A stretch of DNA of 64,000 bases, taken from the NCBI RefSeq assembly GCF_018350175.1, contig NC_058368.1, positions 79,300,001-79,364,000 on the forward strand. Direction: 5' to 3'. The stretch is from Felis catus (lineage: Eukaryota). Positions 35,798 to 47,270 of this stretch are shown here, one piece after another. How positions within the stretch are numbered: the stretch's first letter is position 1; every line of letters starts with the position of its first letter. The translations under genes were made by a program, and so were the position numbers. The notes beneath the pieces are model-generated. The model searched no databases, was not told where the DNA came from, and saw nothing but the letters and a program-made list of their open reading frames with translations.

Positions 35798-38700
35798 CAA
35801 GACATTGGGCTTTCCCTGTTGCACCACACTTCTCCCTTGACTTCAAGTACTCAGTCAGCCCGGCCTTTTCCCAGCAAGAGCGGATCTACAAATTGCAAGA
35901 CCCTGGGCACGGTGGCAAAACACTCTGGAACATACAGAGCTGCGAGAATTGGTGTTGAGTAACCAAGGCATTGCTCCCATCAGCATGTAGAAAGACTACT
36001 TTCAGGGTGGGAAGGGCTATCAACCCAAAGATCATATGAGCAAGAGTGTGGGAAGCTGAATTCTAGCACTGGCAGTTACCACACGGGTCTCAACTATCCC
36101 GCCCGACACCCGCAGGGCAGCATTCAACTCCTACCCTGTCTTGTCCGTGTAACGCAGGCATGAAAAATTCAGAACATAGATGTCAGTCAATAAAGAGAGT
36201 AAAAGTCTATCAGGGACTTGAACAAAGATGTTCTCGCAGAGTAAGGACCTCACGGCCCTGGGGAAGCAAGGTAAAATGGAGTTTAATTGTCTCATTTAAG
36301 AAACTGAGATTATTTTATTCACATAAAAATGCCTTCGCCAAAAAAATATAATGGCTGAGACCATAGGCAACACCCAAGAGAGGAGCTCTCTGAATCTATA
36401 GCAAGCTTTAAAAGCTTCATTTCCCTCTTCCGAGTGTGGTGCAGAAGATCAATTTAGCTATAGAATTAAGAGCAGCAAGAGGTGTAGAAAATTGCATGGT
36501 GGAGCCTGCAGGAAAAGGCTGACTGGGAGAGGATTTCTGGATGGTGTGAATAATTTTGAAAGCAGGACACGCACCGTGGAAACAAGTTTTAATTGTCCTG
36601 CACGACGGCTGCAGACAGCCAGGCTGGTGCGTTAAAGACTCCCCGGCAGAGAGGGTCAGGTGATTGGGCAGGACCTCAGGCTGGCCAGCCATCAACTCCA
36701 GACACCGTCATTTCCTGGAAAGCCTCCACACAGAAGGGGCCAGTACTGTTGCTGTAATTGCGTTCTTGTTGTGTTGTGCATCGTCACAAACAGCACACTG
36801 GCCTGTGACATGTGCCGTGCGACATGTCGTTACCGTACGTGTGTGCATTATACTGACGAGCGAGTATTCCTTCTCTCTAATTTTCCATGGAGACATATAT
36901 GTGTAATGAACGTTGGAATGATGAATTCCATAATTACAAAAACTCTAGAGTCATATGCAATGGGTCCACCCCCTGCCATGAAGTTCATGAGCAGAAAACT
37001 GATGTTAAGTAAGAGAAGTCTAACAGCGTCATCAAAATGGAGAATTTCCAACACCCAAGTCCACGGAGGCTGGTTTGACCCTATCGCTCACAGACGCGTC
37101 TGTTGTGAAATGAGGGCTCCAAGTCTCTGCCCTGGTATTAGGGGGTGGGCAGAGGACGAGAGCAAAGGGCATGAGGAAAACACCAAGTGGGGAACCCAGA
37201 GTCCGGTCAGGAATGGGGCACTCATCAAACATCAAATGAAAGAGTGAGGATTGGAAACGCATCTGGAGCCCTCAACAACTGGTCCAGGGGTGATGTGAGG
37301 AGAGTTGTGGCCCAAATTCATTTGCAGCATCCAGACGGGCCAGCCCCCATGTGTGCACACCGGGTGTGGACTGGTGTCGGGTGGGGCAGGACCTCCCACT
37401 GCACCGTGACTCACGGCAGGAACGCGTCTCCCACAGGAGAACACGTGTGTGCACACACCCCCAGCTCACACACCGCTGAAGGGAGGTTTGAGTAACACCC
37501 GTCTTTATCAGCCGTGATGAACGCTGGCTCCTTCTCTATTCCATTCAGTTAAGACCATAAGGATCACGACCAACTAAAATGACTCCACAGCCTTAGACAG
37601 GTGGACCAGGGTCTGAGCAGAAACAGACATGGGTGCCCCGTGCGAGGGACAGAGGCCAGCAGTCCGTGGACACCACCCTTTGGTGGCTTCTGCTGGGCCA
37701 GGGGGCCTGTCCCGGGGGAGCAGGAGGCCGGGTGGCCTCAAGGGGAGGGAGCTCTCGGTTGCAGGAAGTGCTGGTCTTGGGGGGAAGAGGAGGGGAGGCC
37801 AGGGAGGAGCAGGTGGGAGGAAGGAACCAGTGCATCCAGCCCCAGTGCTGCAGCTGAGGGCAGGGGGACCAGGGATCTCCACCCCAACATTCTCCTCTTT
37901 CCGGGGCCTCCACTATCTCCTACAGGGATAACTGCAGCCATGGAACTGGGCCTTCTCTCGGGCCATAAGTGATTACCCAGGGCTGCAGTGATTGTAGCCG
38001 AGGGGACAGCTGAGCCTCCCCTCCGCCGAGGGCACCCAGGACGTCGTGCAAATAAAGGAGCCTTCCTCTCGTGCTCCTACCCCAGCCTACCTTCCGTCTG
38101 CTCTGAGGAACACACCGATGGCTGGTTCTTGTGCCCCTCCCCCAGTGCCACAGGCAGAATTGGAAACGCCCGCGGTCCCCCCAGGACCTGACACAAAGTC
38201 AGAGGACACAGGTGTGGTGTTGACTCCGGTGCTGCTCTTCTGGGTCAGGAGGATGTCTCCCTTCTGCACACCCCCGCCCCTTGCCCGAGGCCCACTGTTC
38301 CCCAGAAGGCAATGTCCACGCTGCGGGTAGAGGGTGCAGGAGGGGTATGGGGTGGGGGGCGTTTCTGCATTTCACTGGGCTACATCTCACGCTGCCCAAG
38401 TTAAAAAAAAAAAAATCGGATGCACACAGAGATAAATATAGCATCCCAGGGAGTCCGTCACAGCGCCAGCGCTCTGCAGGGGACGCCGGATGGTGAGGTC
38501 ACCCTGCTCCCCCTTCCCGGGGGCACACGCATGCACGGTGCAGACTCGGACGCTTGCTGGCCCACGTCCACTCAGGGCTGCCCGTGTTCCAAGCTCCACC
38601 CTTTCCAGCTTCATTATTCTCTTGGCTCCTTTTTTCCCTCTCCTGCTTCCAGCTGACCTGGCAGCGAACCCAGGTTGAATCCTCTGGCCATTTTCTATTT

Positions 38701-38987
38701 AGTATTCCATCCCGGTCTCTCCTTGGTTACTCTGCTCCTGGTGGAGAAGGTTCCAGTGAAAGAGAAGCCCGGAGAAACAGGGGCTCCATGGAAAGGATGT
38801 TGACAAACCGTTCTGCCTCAAAATGTGCAAAAGCGTTGGAGTTATTTTGTTCACACCAATTACGAAATCCCGTCAGGTCAGCCACACCCCCTCTAAGTCC
38901 GAAGCAGGGTCCGGGAGTTTTCACTTTCCAAATTCTTCTCAAAGTAGGTGGCTCAAAGAATGCTTTATATATAAAAATATATACATA

Positions 38988-39378
38988 TTTTTATTTTAAA
39001 AAGCATTCTTTGAGCTTTGAGAGAGAGAATCTCAAGCAGGTTCCAAGCTGTCAGCACAGAGCTCCACGCGGGGCTTGAACCCATGAACCGTGAGATCATG
39101 ACCTGAGCCAAAATCAAGAGTTAGATGCTTGGGGCGCCTGGTGGCTCTGTCGGTTGAGCATCTGACTTCAGCTCAGGTCATGATCTTGTGGCTTGTGGGT
39201 TCGAGCCCCACGTCGGGCTCTGTGCTGACAGCTCAGAGCCTGGAGCCTGCTTCGGAATCTGTGTCTCCCTCTCTGTCTCCCCCTCCCCCACTCACGCTGT
39301 CTTTCTCTCTCTGTCTCCCTTTCTCTCTCTCTTTCAAATAAGAGAGACACTTACGCGACTGAGCTACCCAAACACCCC
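38988..39378 (-). mobile_element. Older CanSINE split by an internal opposite-strand SINE
   Basis: Body 38988-39130 (...gagccaaaatcaagagttagatgctt) resumes at about 39352 (cgactgagctacccaaacacccc). Confidence 0.85.
39131..39340 (+). mobile_element. CanSINE nested in the older SINE
   Basis: Head ggggcgcctggtggctc, full body and (CT)n tract; degenerate TSD aagag..aga(tg/ca)ctt. Confidence 0.93.
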
Positions 39379-39574
39379 AAAAGAACACTTCAATAAGATC
39401 AAAGACTGATTCTCAGATGTTAGACATGCTCAAATCTGCCATTCCTTACATATGTATTTTCTAGAAAATTCGAAAAAATTTAGAAATGTAGAAAACACAC
39501 TTCGATTTCTACATAAATATCCATTTTGTGGGGAAATTGCAGCGCTGAGCACCGGACCTCTCCTAGTGGGTGAC

Positions 39575-39733
39575 GTTTATTGAGCATTTATGTCCCAGAG
39601 ATACCCTTTGCTCCATTTTGCCAAGAGGAAATGGAGACACACACAGGCTAACTAACCTGTCTGGAAGTAGGCATAGTGAATGGGTCCGTGATACAAACCC
39701 AGTTTGTCTTGCCCGTCTGCATGCTTAACTACA
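39575..39733 (-). mobile_element. MIR fragment
   Basis: tttattgagcatttatgt...ccattttgccaagaggaaatggagac...caaacccagtttgtct...atgcttaactaca. Confidence 0.6.
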
Positions 39734-41279
39734 AAAATATAGCCTCTCAGCATTTAACACCCCACTCTAGGGAGCTAAGAAAAGAACCACTGTTTATTAT
39801 CGGTCCGTAATTATTGTCCTATAATGTTGCTTTGTAAGCATGATATAATGAGCTGAGCACTGTTATGTCAGGAGCAAGCAGATACCATCTATCAGGAAGA
39901 GAGCATTTGAAAAGGCAAAGACAATCATCTAAATTAACTCCCCAAGCTGAGGGATAAAGCTAGCTTCACTGGAAGGCTTAGGGGGAAAAAAAGTTCTTTG
40001 TTCGTTAACAAATGTAGACAGAAATTGGCCACACGGCCCTGTTTTGAGAAAACCTCTCTTCTGGTGGAGCGCTGGTTATGAAGACCAAAACCATTATTCT
40101 TCCACTGGACGGAGTACGGGCCATCGGGTTCACCATCATATTTACCAGTGGGTTTGTCGGGGGCAGAGAAAACTCATTTGATTTTTCTATTTATTGGCAA
40201 GGATAAGGGATTAAACGGGAATAAGCTGTAGGCATCTCATTTGTGGGCTGAGGGAAACAAGCCGGGCTCTGTCTGTGATCCCTTTGGCTTTATCTTTTCT
40301 CTCACCTGGAAACTTTGATGTCAAAAATATTATCCATTTCCAAACAGTTCTGATAACTAAGCAACACAGGCTTGAAGGGTTTCGTTTATAAGAAATAGAT
40401 ACATAGCCTTTTTCTAGAAAAAAAAAAAACCCACTCTGATTTTCCTGGGATTAGACAGTCAGCATACAATACGGTTGCTTAGAAACTTTCCTTTTTCACA
40501 CACAAATGCAACATAAAATAGCTTCCAACAAAGGAATCGAGTGTTGCTAAATAAAGATATCTTCCCAGTGACCAAATCCTTTGCCAGAGGTGACAAATAT
40601 CGGTTCACAAAGACAGTTAATATCTGTTAATATCTGTTCACAAAGACAGCCTTTTGTCTTATGTCATGGATACGAGCTGGAACCAGGCACAGATTTTATT
40701 TTTGTGGTTTGTCTTAAAAGCACTCCTAATACAAGTTTAAGGCATCTAGATTTGGTTCAAGGGTCTTCTACAAAGTTCTTTTCTTGCCAATGCTCTTAGG
40801 GAATGTTCTGGCCAGACTTTTGGCCATTTGACATCTTCTGCTGCATTGTAATTGATGATTTGACCGGTTAAAAACCTGTGGGACAGGGGATTGTCACAGT
40901 CCCCTCCCCCCGTCCCTGCCTCACTGGCGACCAGGTCCGGAGTTAGTTTCATTACACCTGCGAGGGGCGATCCTTTCTGTCACGTCCCCGCTTCAGCGAC
41001 ACACATCTTTGAGGGTTTTACCTCTACTTTCACATTGGTTGGAATTCTGAGCAAGATTTTAGAAAACCATCCCACTGGATGTGATCCCAGGTTTCTGAAA
41101 TCTCCCAAGATTTAATCTGTCTGCCCACCTTTGGCTCCCTTTGGACAATATTCAGTAGAGTCTGTGCCCGGCACATTCAAAGTGCTCTTTATATATTTGC
41201 TGAATAAATACAGAGATGAACGTAAATTACATTTCATAGTAAATTCTCTTTTAGTTTTGCATTATAGACTAAAAAGAAT

Positions 41280-43250
41280 ATTTTTTTTATTGTAAAATAA
41301 AGCCCACATGCAGAAAAACACCCAGAACAAAGATACGGCTTAGTGAAACGTTGTAAGGCCCACACCAGCATTCACGAACAGGATAGAAGCTCTTCCGTGG
41401 GGCCTGTGCCCCTCAAAGTCTTTCCGTCCTCACCGACTTTTGTGGCAATTACTTCCTTGCATTTCTTGACAGTTTATGCATCCAGCTGGGCATCCCTGCA
41501 TGCAATTATTCAGGTTTGCTCCTCAAAAAAAGAATTCATGTTTTTTAAAAGTCTCTTTTTGGGCACGTTACCTTTCCCATCTTTTATTTCCCTTACAATT
41601 ACACTGTTCGGAAGATCTGGGATACGTTATTTGGCCCGCAGAGCCTCCCACAGTCTGGATTTCGCCGACTGCATTTTCTTTGTGCCGTTCAAGGAGCTCG
41701 CCTGTCCTTTGTTTTTCCCGAGAACTGACAGCTGAGTCCAGATTGATGCCTTTGGCAGGAGCACGGGCGATGTCAGATTGTTTCATCACAAGGCACAGAA
41801 TATCTGGAATGTTCTTCCTTTTCGCTGGGTAGCTGTTGTTTATGCCCACAGCCTAAGTCCGTTCCTTCACTGGGGTTGCAAACTGATGCTATTTCAATTC
41901 TATCATTTCAAAAATAATGTGGAATAAGTTTAAAGCAAGAAACCGTTCTCTCATCTCTTCTTTGGTTAGCCAATGCTACATTTCATATTTTAAAAACCAG
42001 GACAAATGCTTCATTCTTCCCTTATACTTGTGCACTTGTAAAGACATCTCCAAAATGCAATTATTATTTTTTAATATCGTTTTGAACTTATGAATTTAAA
42101 TCTACTCGATGAGGGTTGTAATTCATTGAGTTTTTTATTCTTTTTGAAGTTCAGATTTTTCTATTTTGGCCAGTGGAAGTCTTCTGAAATTGGCTCCTGA
42201 GTCTTTTGACTTGATTCTGCTGACCCTGATAGCCTCCTCGAGGTCTGGTATTGCAAGGTGCTCCAACTCTACCCTGAAGGTCTCCTTCTGCAGATCTGGA
42301 GTCAGCCATTTCTCTGAGAAGGCCAGTTTTCTTTCAAAACAAGGCCACAGTCTAGGCATTGGGACCCTTCATTGCTACCCGATGGATTATTGTTTTGATG
42401 CTTTTCGGTAAAAAGAGTTTTCAACTAGATACTTAATAGATTGAGAGACATGATTAATTATCTATTTAATCATAAAAATATTTTAAGTATATATCAACGT
42501 TTTCAATTATTTTTAAAATTTTTTTAATGCTTATTTATTTTTGAGAGAGAGAAACAGAGCAAATGAGGGGCTGAGAGAGAGGGAGACACAGAATCCGAAG
42601 CAGGATCCAGGCTCCGAACTGTCAGCACAGAGCCTGACGCGGGGCTCGAGCCCACGAACCATGAGATCATGACCTGAGCTGAAGTTGGCCACTTAACCAA
42701 TTGAGCCACTGAGGCGCCCCCCACCCCCGTTTTCTTCCCTCAATGTTTTCAATTTAAATCTAGGTTGAAAGAGTTTATATTAGACCAATTCTATATTAAA
42801 TATATGCCTACTTCTTTCAGACTAAGAATCCTGGCTCTGAAAGAGGAAGATGGTGAAAAGCTTATAACATCCTTTAACTACCGATCGCTTTCCCACATCA
42901 CAGAAATAAGAGTCTCAGAATAGTAGTAACATTAAATGACCAGTCCCCATTTTGATGATTAAAAATAGTTAAAATCCACATATGTATCCATATTCTCTCT
43001 CTGTCCTTTCTTGTCCTCTGCTCTGGAGGCATTTTGTGTCAGCTCCCGATCCCTCACTTGGTCTGGCTCCCCTCAGTGATCACAGACTCCATCGTCACTA
43101 CTGGGACTTCCGTCAATTTTTCTGTAATTGCTTTGGCTGCCTGGAGCTAGTTCTTTTGTAGATTCTGCAAGAAGAGAGCAGGGAAGAAAAGTCTCCAGAT
43201 TTGTCCATGTTATTTATAACATTTATATATTTATAAGTCTGTCAACTTAT
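41280..43250 (-). mobile_element. Ancient L1 3'-end fragments (L1MC/MD-like), interrupted by a SINE
   Basis: cccacagtctggatttcgccgactgcat, tttggccagtggaagtcttctgaaattggctcctgagtcttttgac, ctggagtcagccatttctc. Confidence 0.7.
42509..42720 (-). mobile_element. CanSINE
   Basis: TSD tcaa(c/t)gttttcaatt at 42494-42508 and 42740-42754. Confidence 0.95.
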
Positions 43251-43297
43251 GAAGAACTCCTTCTTGTGCTGATCTGTACAGTTTTAGAAAACATGGC

Positions 43298-43545
43298 GGG
43301 GCACCTGGGTGGCTCAGTCAGTTAAGCGTCCGACGTCGGCTCAGGTCATGATCTCGAGGTTCCGTGAGTTCGAGCCCCATGTCGGGCCCTGTGTTGACAG
43401 CTCGGAGCCTGGAGCCTGCTTCGGATTCTGTGTCTCCCTCTCTCTCTGACCCTCTCCCCCACTATCTCTCTCTCTTTCTCTCAAAAATAAAATAAAATAA
43501 AATAAAATAAAATAAAATAAAATAAAATAAAATAAAATATAAAAT
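43298..43545 (+). mobile_element. CanSINE with an (AAAAT)n microsatellite tail
   Basis: Full body; about 11 AAAAT units at 43483-43537. Confidence 0.96.
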
Positions 43546-44856
43546 AATCTAGATCATGTCTCTAGATCTGACCACAGACCCTTTGCAGTCAGTCAGAACG
43601 AACACCACAGATCAGCACCCCCCACTTCCTCTCCTGGCTCTTTGAGGGTTTCTTCCATATACCACCCCTACCGCTGCTCACACTGCTTCCCACACAGACA
43701 CAAAGAGTGTGCAGGCCTGTGTGGGGGGGACCCCTCATTCTAGCAACTTGTGTTCAGGCTTTCTAGAAGACCCTTGTTATTTCATTTTATTATAAATGTT
43801 GTCAGTGGATTTTTTCTTTGATCCTGTAAGTGCTGTTTCCATCTACATATTTGGGGAGGTTCAAAACCATCTTGGTACCATCATCACCATGACCAATAAT
43901 CATTCTTTCAAAGTCTTCTGATTATCTCATGTGCTTATGTTGCTGCTTCAATTGCATTCTTGAGTCCTTCAGGGGTAAGGACCTCAACACAGATCTTTGG
44001 TTTTATGTGCCCAGGGAAGCCTGTGTCTATGGCTCAGTGCATGTGAATTATATTAAATGCATTAAGTTAGTGGAAATTTAAAGCTGGACCGAATTGAGAG
44101 GTTAGCTAGTCTGATGTTTTCAATTTCTACCACAGGAATTTGTGTTCTGTTTTTTCTAACTATACATTACTCTGTTTTTTAAGTGTTTTTATTAATGAAG
44201 GGTCCTTAAAAGTATAATGTAGCAAGTTTATCAGCCCGTTCTTTGAGTTTTCTGAATTTTTAGTGTTCTTAAGAAAGCTTTCTCCTTCCTGAATAATTGT
44301 GAGAGAGGTCTTTGTGGGAATCTGTATTATTTGTATGTTTATAAGGGTTTATTTTTGTTATTGATTTTAACAAATGTTTAACCCAGCTGAAAGTTATTTT
44401 GGAGTTGGCAACGAGGAAGGGAATGTCACTTCGTTATTTTTTCCTGCAGATGGAGATTCAATTGTTCCAACACCATTTATTAAATAATCAAACCGGTTTT
44501 CCCCTGAAGGACTATAACTACTATTTCTATTAAAGTCATGTATATATTAAATTTGTTTATGAATTTACTTACTTTTTCCCCTTTTTTCCTAAATTTGAGT
44601 CTTTTATTCCTCCCTCCTATCTAATGATGCTGCGAGTTTCTCCAAACCCACATTACAAGGGGAAGGGAGTGGGCAGTGACAATAAACATCACTGCTTGCG
44701 GCTGATGTTAATGGGAATGTTACTAATGTTTGCCTGCTCAGCATGATACTATGCTGGCTTTGGGGTTGATATATAGAAGCATTCGTATCTAGTTATTATC
44801 TATTTATTCCTATTTTGATAAGATATTCTGTTAAATTAAGAATAGATGTTAAATTT

Positions 44857-45069
44857 AAAAAAATTTTTAACGTGTATTTATTTTTGAGAGACAGAGACAG
44901 AGCACGACTGGGGGAGGGGGAGAGAGAGAGGGAGACCCAGAATCCCAAGCAAGTACCAGGCTCTGAGCTGTCAGCACAGAGACCGATGCAGGGCTTGAAC
45001 TCACGAATCGTGAGATTGTGGCCTGAGCCAAAGTCGGACACTCAACCAACTGAGCCACCCAGGCACCCC
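44857..45069 (-). mobile_element. CanSINE
   Basis: TSD agat(g/a)ttaaattt at 44844-44856 and 45070-45082. Confidence 0.96.
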
Positions 45070-45420
45070 AGATATTAAATTTTATTAAATGCCTTTTCAG
45101 CTTCGATGGAGATAAGCCTATGACTTTTTTCTTTTACTACTTTCTTATAAAAATTACATTGATAAGTTCTCTAATATTAAATCGTTTTTGTATTCTTAAA
45201 CAAGACGTCCCTACTTCTTCATAGGGTGTTTTTTCATATAAATTTGGATTTTGTAAGCTAATATTTGGTTTAGTATTTCTGCTTCATTATTCCTCAGTGA
45301 GACTGACCTGTGGTTTCTCTTTCTTTTCCTTTTTACTATCCATGCTAACATTAAAAAAAAATTCAAAATTATTTTCTCTGTTCTGAAGCAGTTTAAATGG
45401 CATGGAGGTTACCTGAATAT

Positions 45421-45637
45421 TGGTCGCTCAGTCGGTTGAGCGTCCGACTTCAGCTCAGGTCATGATCTCATGGTCTGTGAGTTCGAGCCCTGCATCAGAC
45501 TCTGTGCTGACAGCTCAGAGCCCAGAGCCTGCTTTGAATTCTGTGTTTCCCTCTCTCTCTGCCCCTCCCCTGCTCATGCTCTGTCTCTCTCTGTCTCAAA
45601 AATAAATAAAAAACATTTAAAAAAATTAAAAAAAAAA
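45421..45637 (+). mobile_element. CanSINE (5' few bases lost)
   Basis: gctcagtcggttgagcgtccgacttcagctcaggtcatgatc, (CT)n tract and poly-A. Confidence 0.94.
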
Positions 45638-46232
45638 GAAAGATTGCAGGGAAATCCCCAGTGGAGCTTATCTGCTACATTTCAAGGGTTACAATTTGTC
45701 AACTGTTGCCTATTTGTCTGCTCTGTTTATTCCTGTCATCTGGGGTCAGTTCCATTACTGCTTCCAAATCATCCATTTATCCTGATTCTCCAATTTGTGT
45801 GCATAGATTGGATCAAAACAGTGTCTGATAGTTGATGTGATCTTTTTTTGTAGTTCTGTCTTCCCTTACTGAATCCTTGAGAAATGTGTGTATTTGTGGG
45901 TTAGCCCTTTTGTCCCTATCAATGACTTAGTTATGAGAGAATCTGGTTTTAAGTTTTTTTTAAATTCTTGAACAATTGTTACTACTATTCTTTCTTTTTT
46001 GACTCTGACATTTTTATTTGTATATTTGTTAGTGCTTCCCATATGCTGCATTAGGTGAACTTTATCGTTCTTTTCTAACTTATTGAATTTTGTGTTTATT
46101 TATTTGGTTTTCACGCCTTGTTTATTAGTATAAATAAATACTTAAGCCTATTAATCATCCTTTCGAGTGTTGTTTCAGCTGTGTGGCACAGATTTGCATA
46201 GATTGTATTTTATTATCATTATTTCTAATGTA

Positions 46233-46304
46233 TCTCACAAACTGTGAGATCATGACCTGAGCCGAAGTTGGACGCTTAATCAACTGAGCCACCCAGGCAC
46301 CCCC
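46233..46304 (-). mobile_element. CanSINE 5' head only (about 70 bp)
   Basis: cacaaactgtgagatcatgacctgagccgaagttggacgcttaatcaactgagccacccaggcacccc; 3' half absent. Confidence 0.9.
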
Positions 46305-46913
46305 AGACCATAGTACTTTAAAACAGAGTAACACCTTGCTTGAAACAATTGTACAAAATACAAAAAGTGGTAATTACTTACCAAATATCAACTGTTCTAA
46401 AATCTGGTGGACTCTCAAATTTTGGTTGTGAAATTTTGAATTAGCAGCAAGTAATTGGGTGCTAATTTACAGTTGTTTTCCCAAGCGTAAGAACATTAAA
46501 CCAGTGATTTTGGGATGACAGACCTGATTTTTCTCATTTGATAGTATATCCAGCTAAATAATCTTTATACATTTTGATAATGTAGATTGTGTGTGAACTG
46601 AAAATAGTGGTAAACAAATTAATTCCAACGACTGTTTTCTTTTGCGAAAGTAAAGTGTTGGACTTGGAAACCATATGATACTCTAATTCCCATTGGCCTG
46701 TCCACAGGAGACAGATGATGCTGTTAAGATAGGGCACGCTTTTTGGTTGATAGAAATGGACAGCGTGGGCAACATGCTCATGTGGGAGGGTCCAGAGACA
46801 GATCTAAGGGCCTCAGGAAGGCCCATAAGGCCCACAAAGTGGACACTGCTGAATATATATTTTTGAGCTAGGGACAATTATCTTCTAGAAATCTCTTTGG
46901 TAAGTCTTCTAAA

Positions 46914-47118
46914 TTTTTTTTTTATTTTTTAGAGAGAGAGACACACACACAGAGTGCAAGTGGGGGAGGGGCAGAGAGAGAGAAGGAGACACAGAATCAG
47001 AACCAGGATCCAGGCTCCAAGCTGTCAGCACGGAGCCCGATGCGGAGCTTGAACTCAGGAACTGCGAGATCGTGACCTGAGCTGAAGTCAGACGCTCAAC
47101 CAACTGAGCCACCCAGGT
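46914..47118 (-). mobile_element. CanSINE
   Basis: Full body ending ...gagccacccaggt. Confidence 0.95.
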
Positions 47119-47119
47119 C

Positions 47120-47270
47120 GTTTAATTCTTGTAACAACCCTGAAAGGTGGATAGCTCTAGTTTCCACATTTCACGGATGAGGAGACAGAAGTGTGGAGAC
47201 TGTCACTTGTCCAGTTTTCCATCCGGTGAGTAACAGCCAGGCTTCCAACAAAGTTAGGTCCAAAGGTCCC
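47120..47270 (-). mobile_element. MIR fragment
   Basis: tttaattcttgtaacaaccctgaaaggtgg...ccacatttcacggatgaggagacagaag (MIR core). Confidence 0.65.

Larger units (their letters stand above)
44150..46232 (-). mobile_element. Ancient L1 (L1ME-like) ORF2 fragments, interrupted by SINEs
   Basis: attgttccaacaccatttattaaataatc, gatgttaatgggaatgttact, ttttattaaatgccttttcagc; T-rich antisense L1 texture. Confidence 0.65.

Noticed and set aside
36806..36829. p53-family response element
   Set aside because: Each half-site has two mismatches to RRRCWWGYYY and there is a 4-bp spacer; too weak to call.
36660..37247. Longest ORF in the window (195 aa)
   Set aside because: Non-ATG start, no recognisable domain, overlapped by equally meaningless ORFs; consistent with chance.
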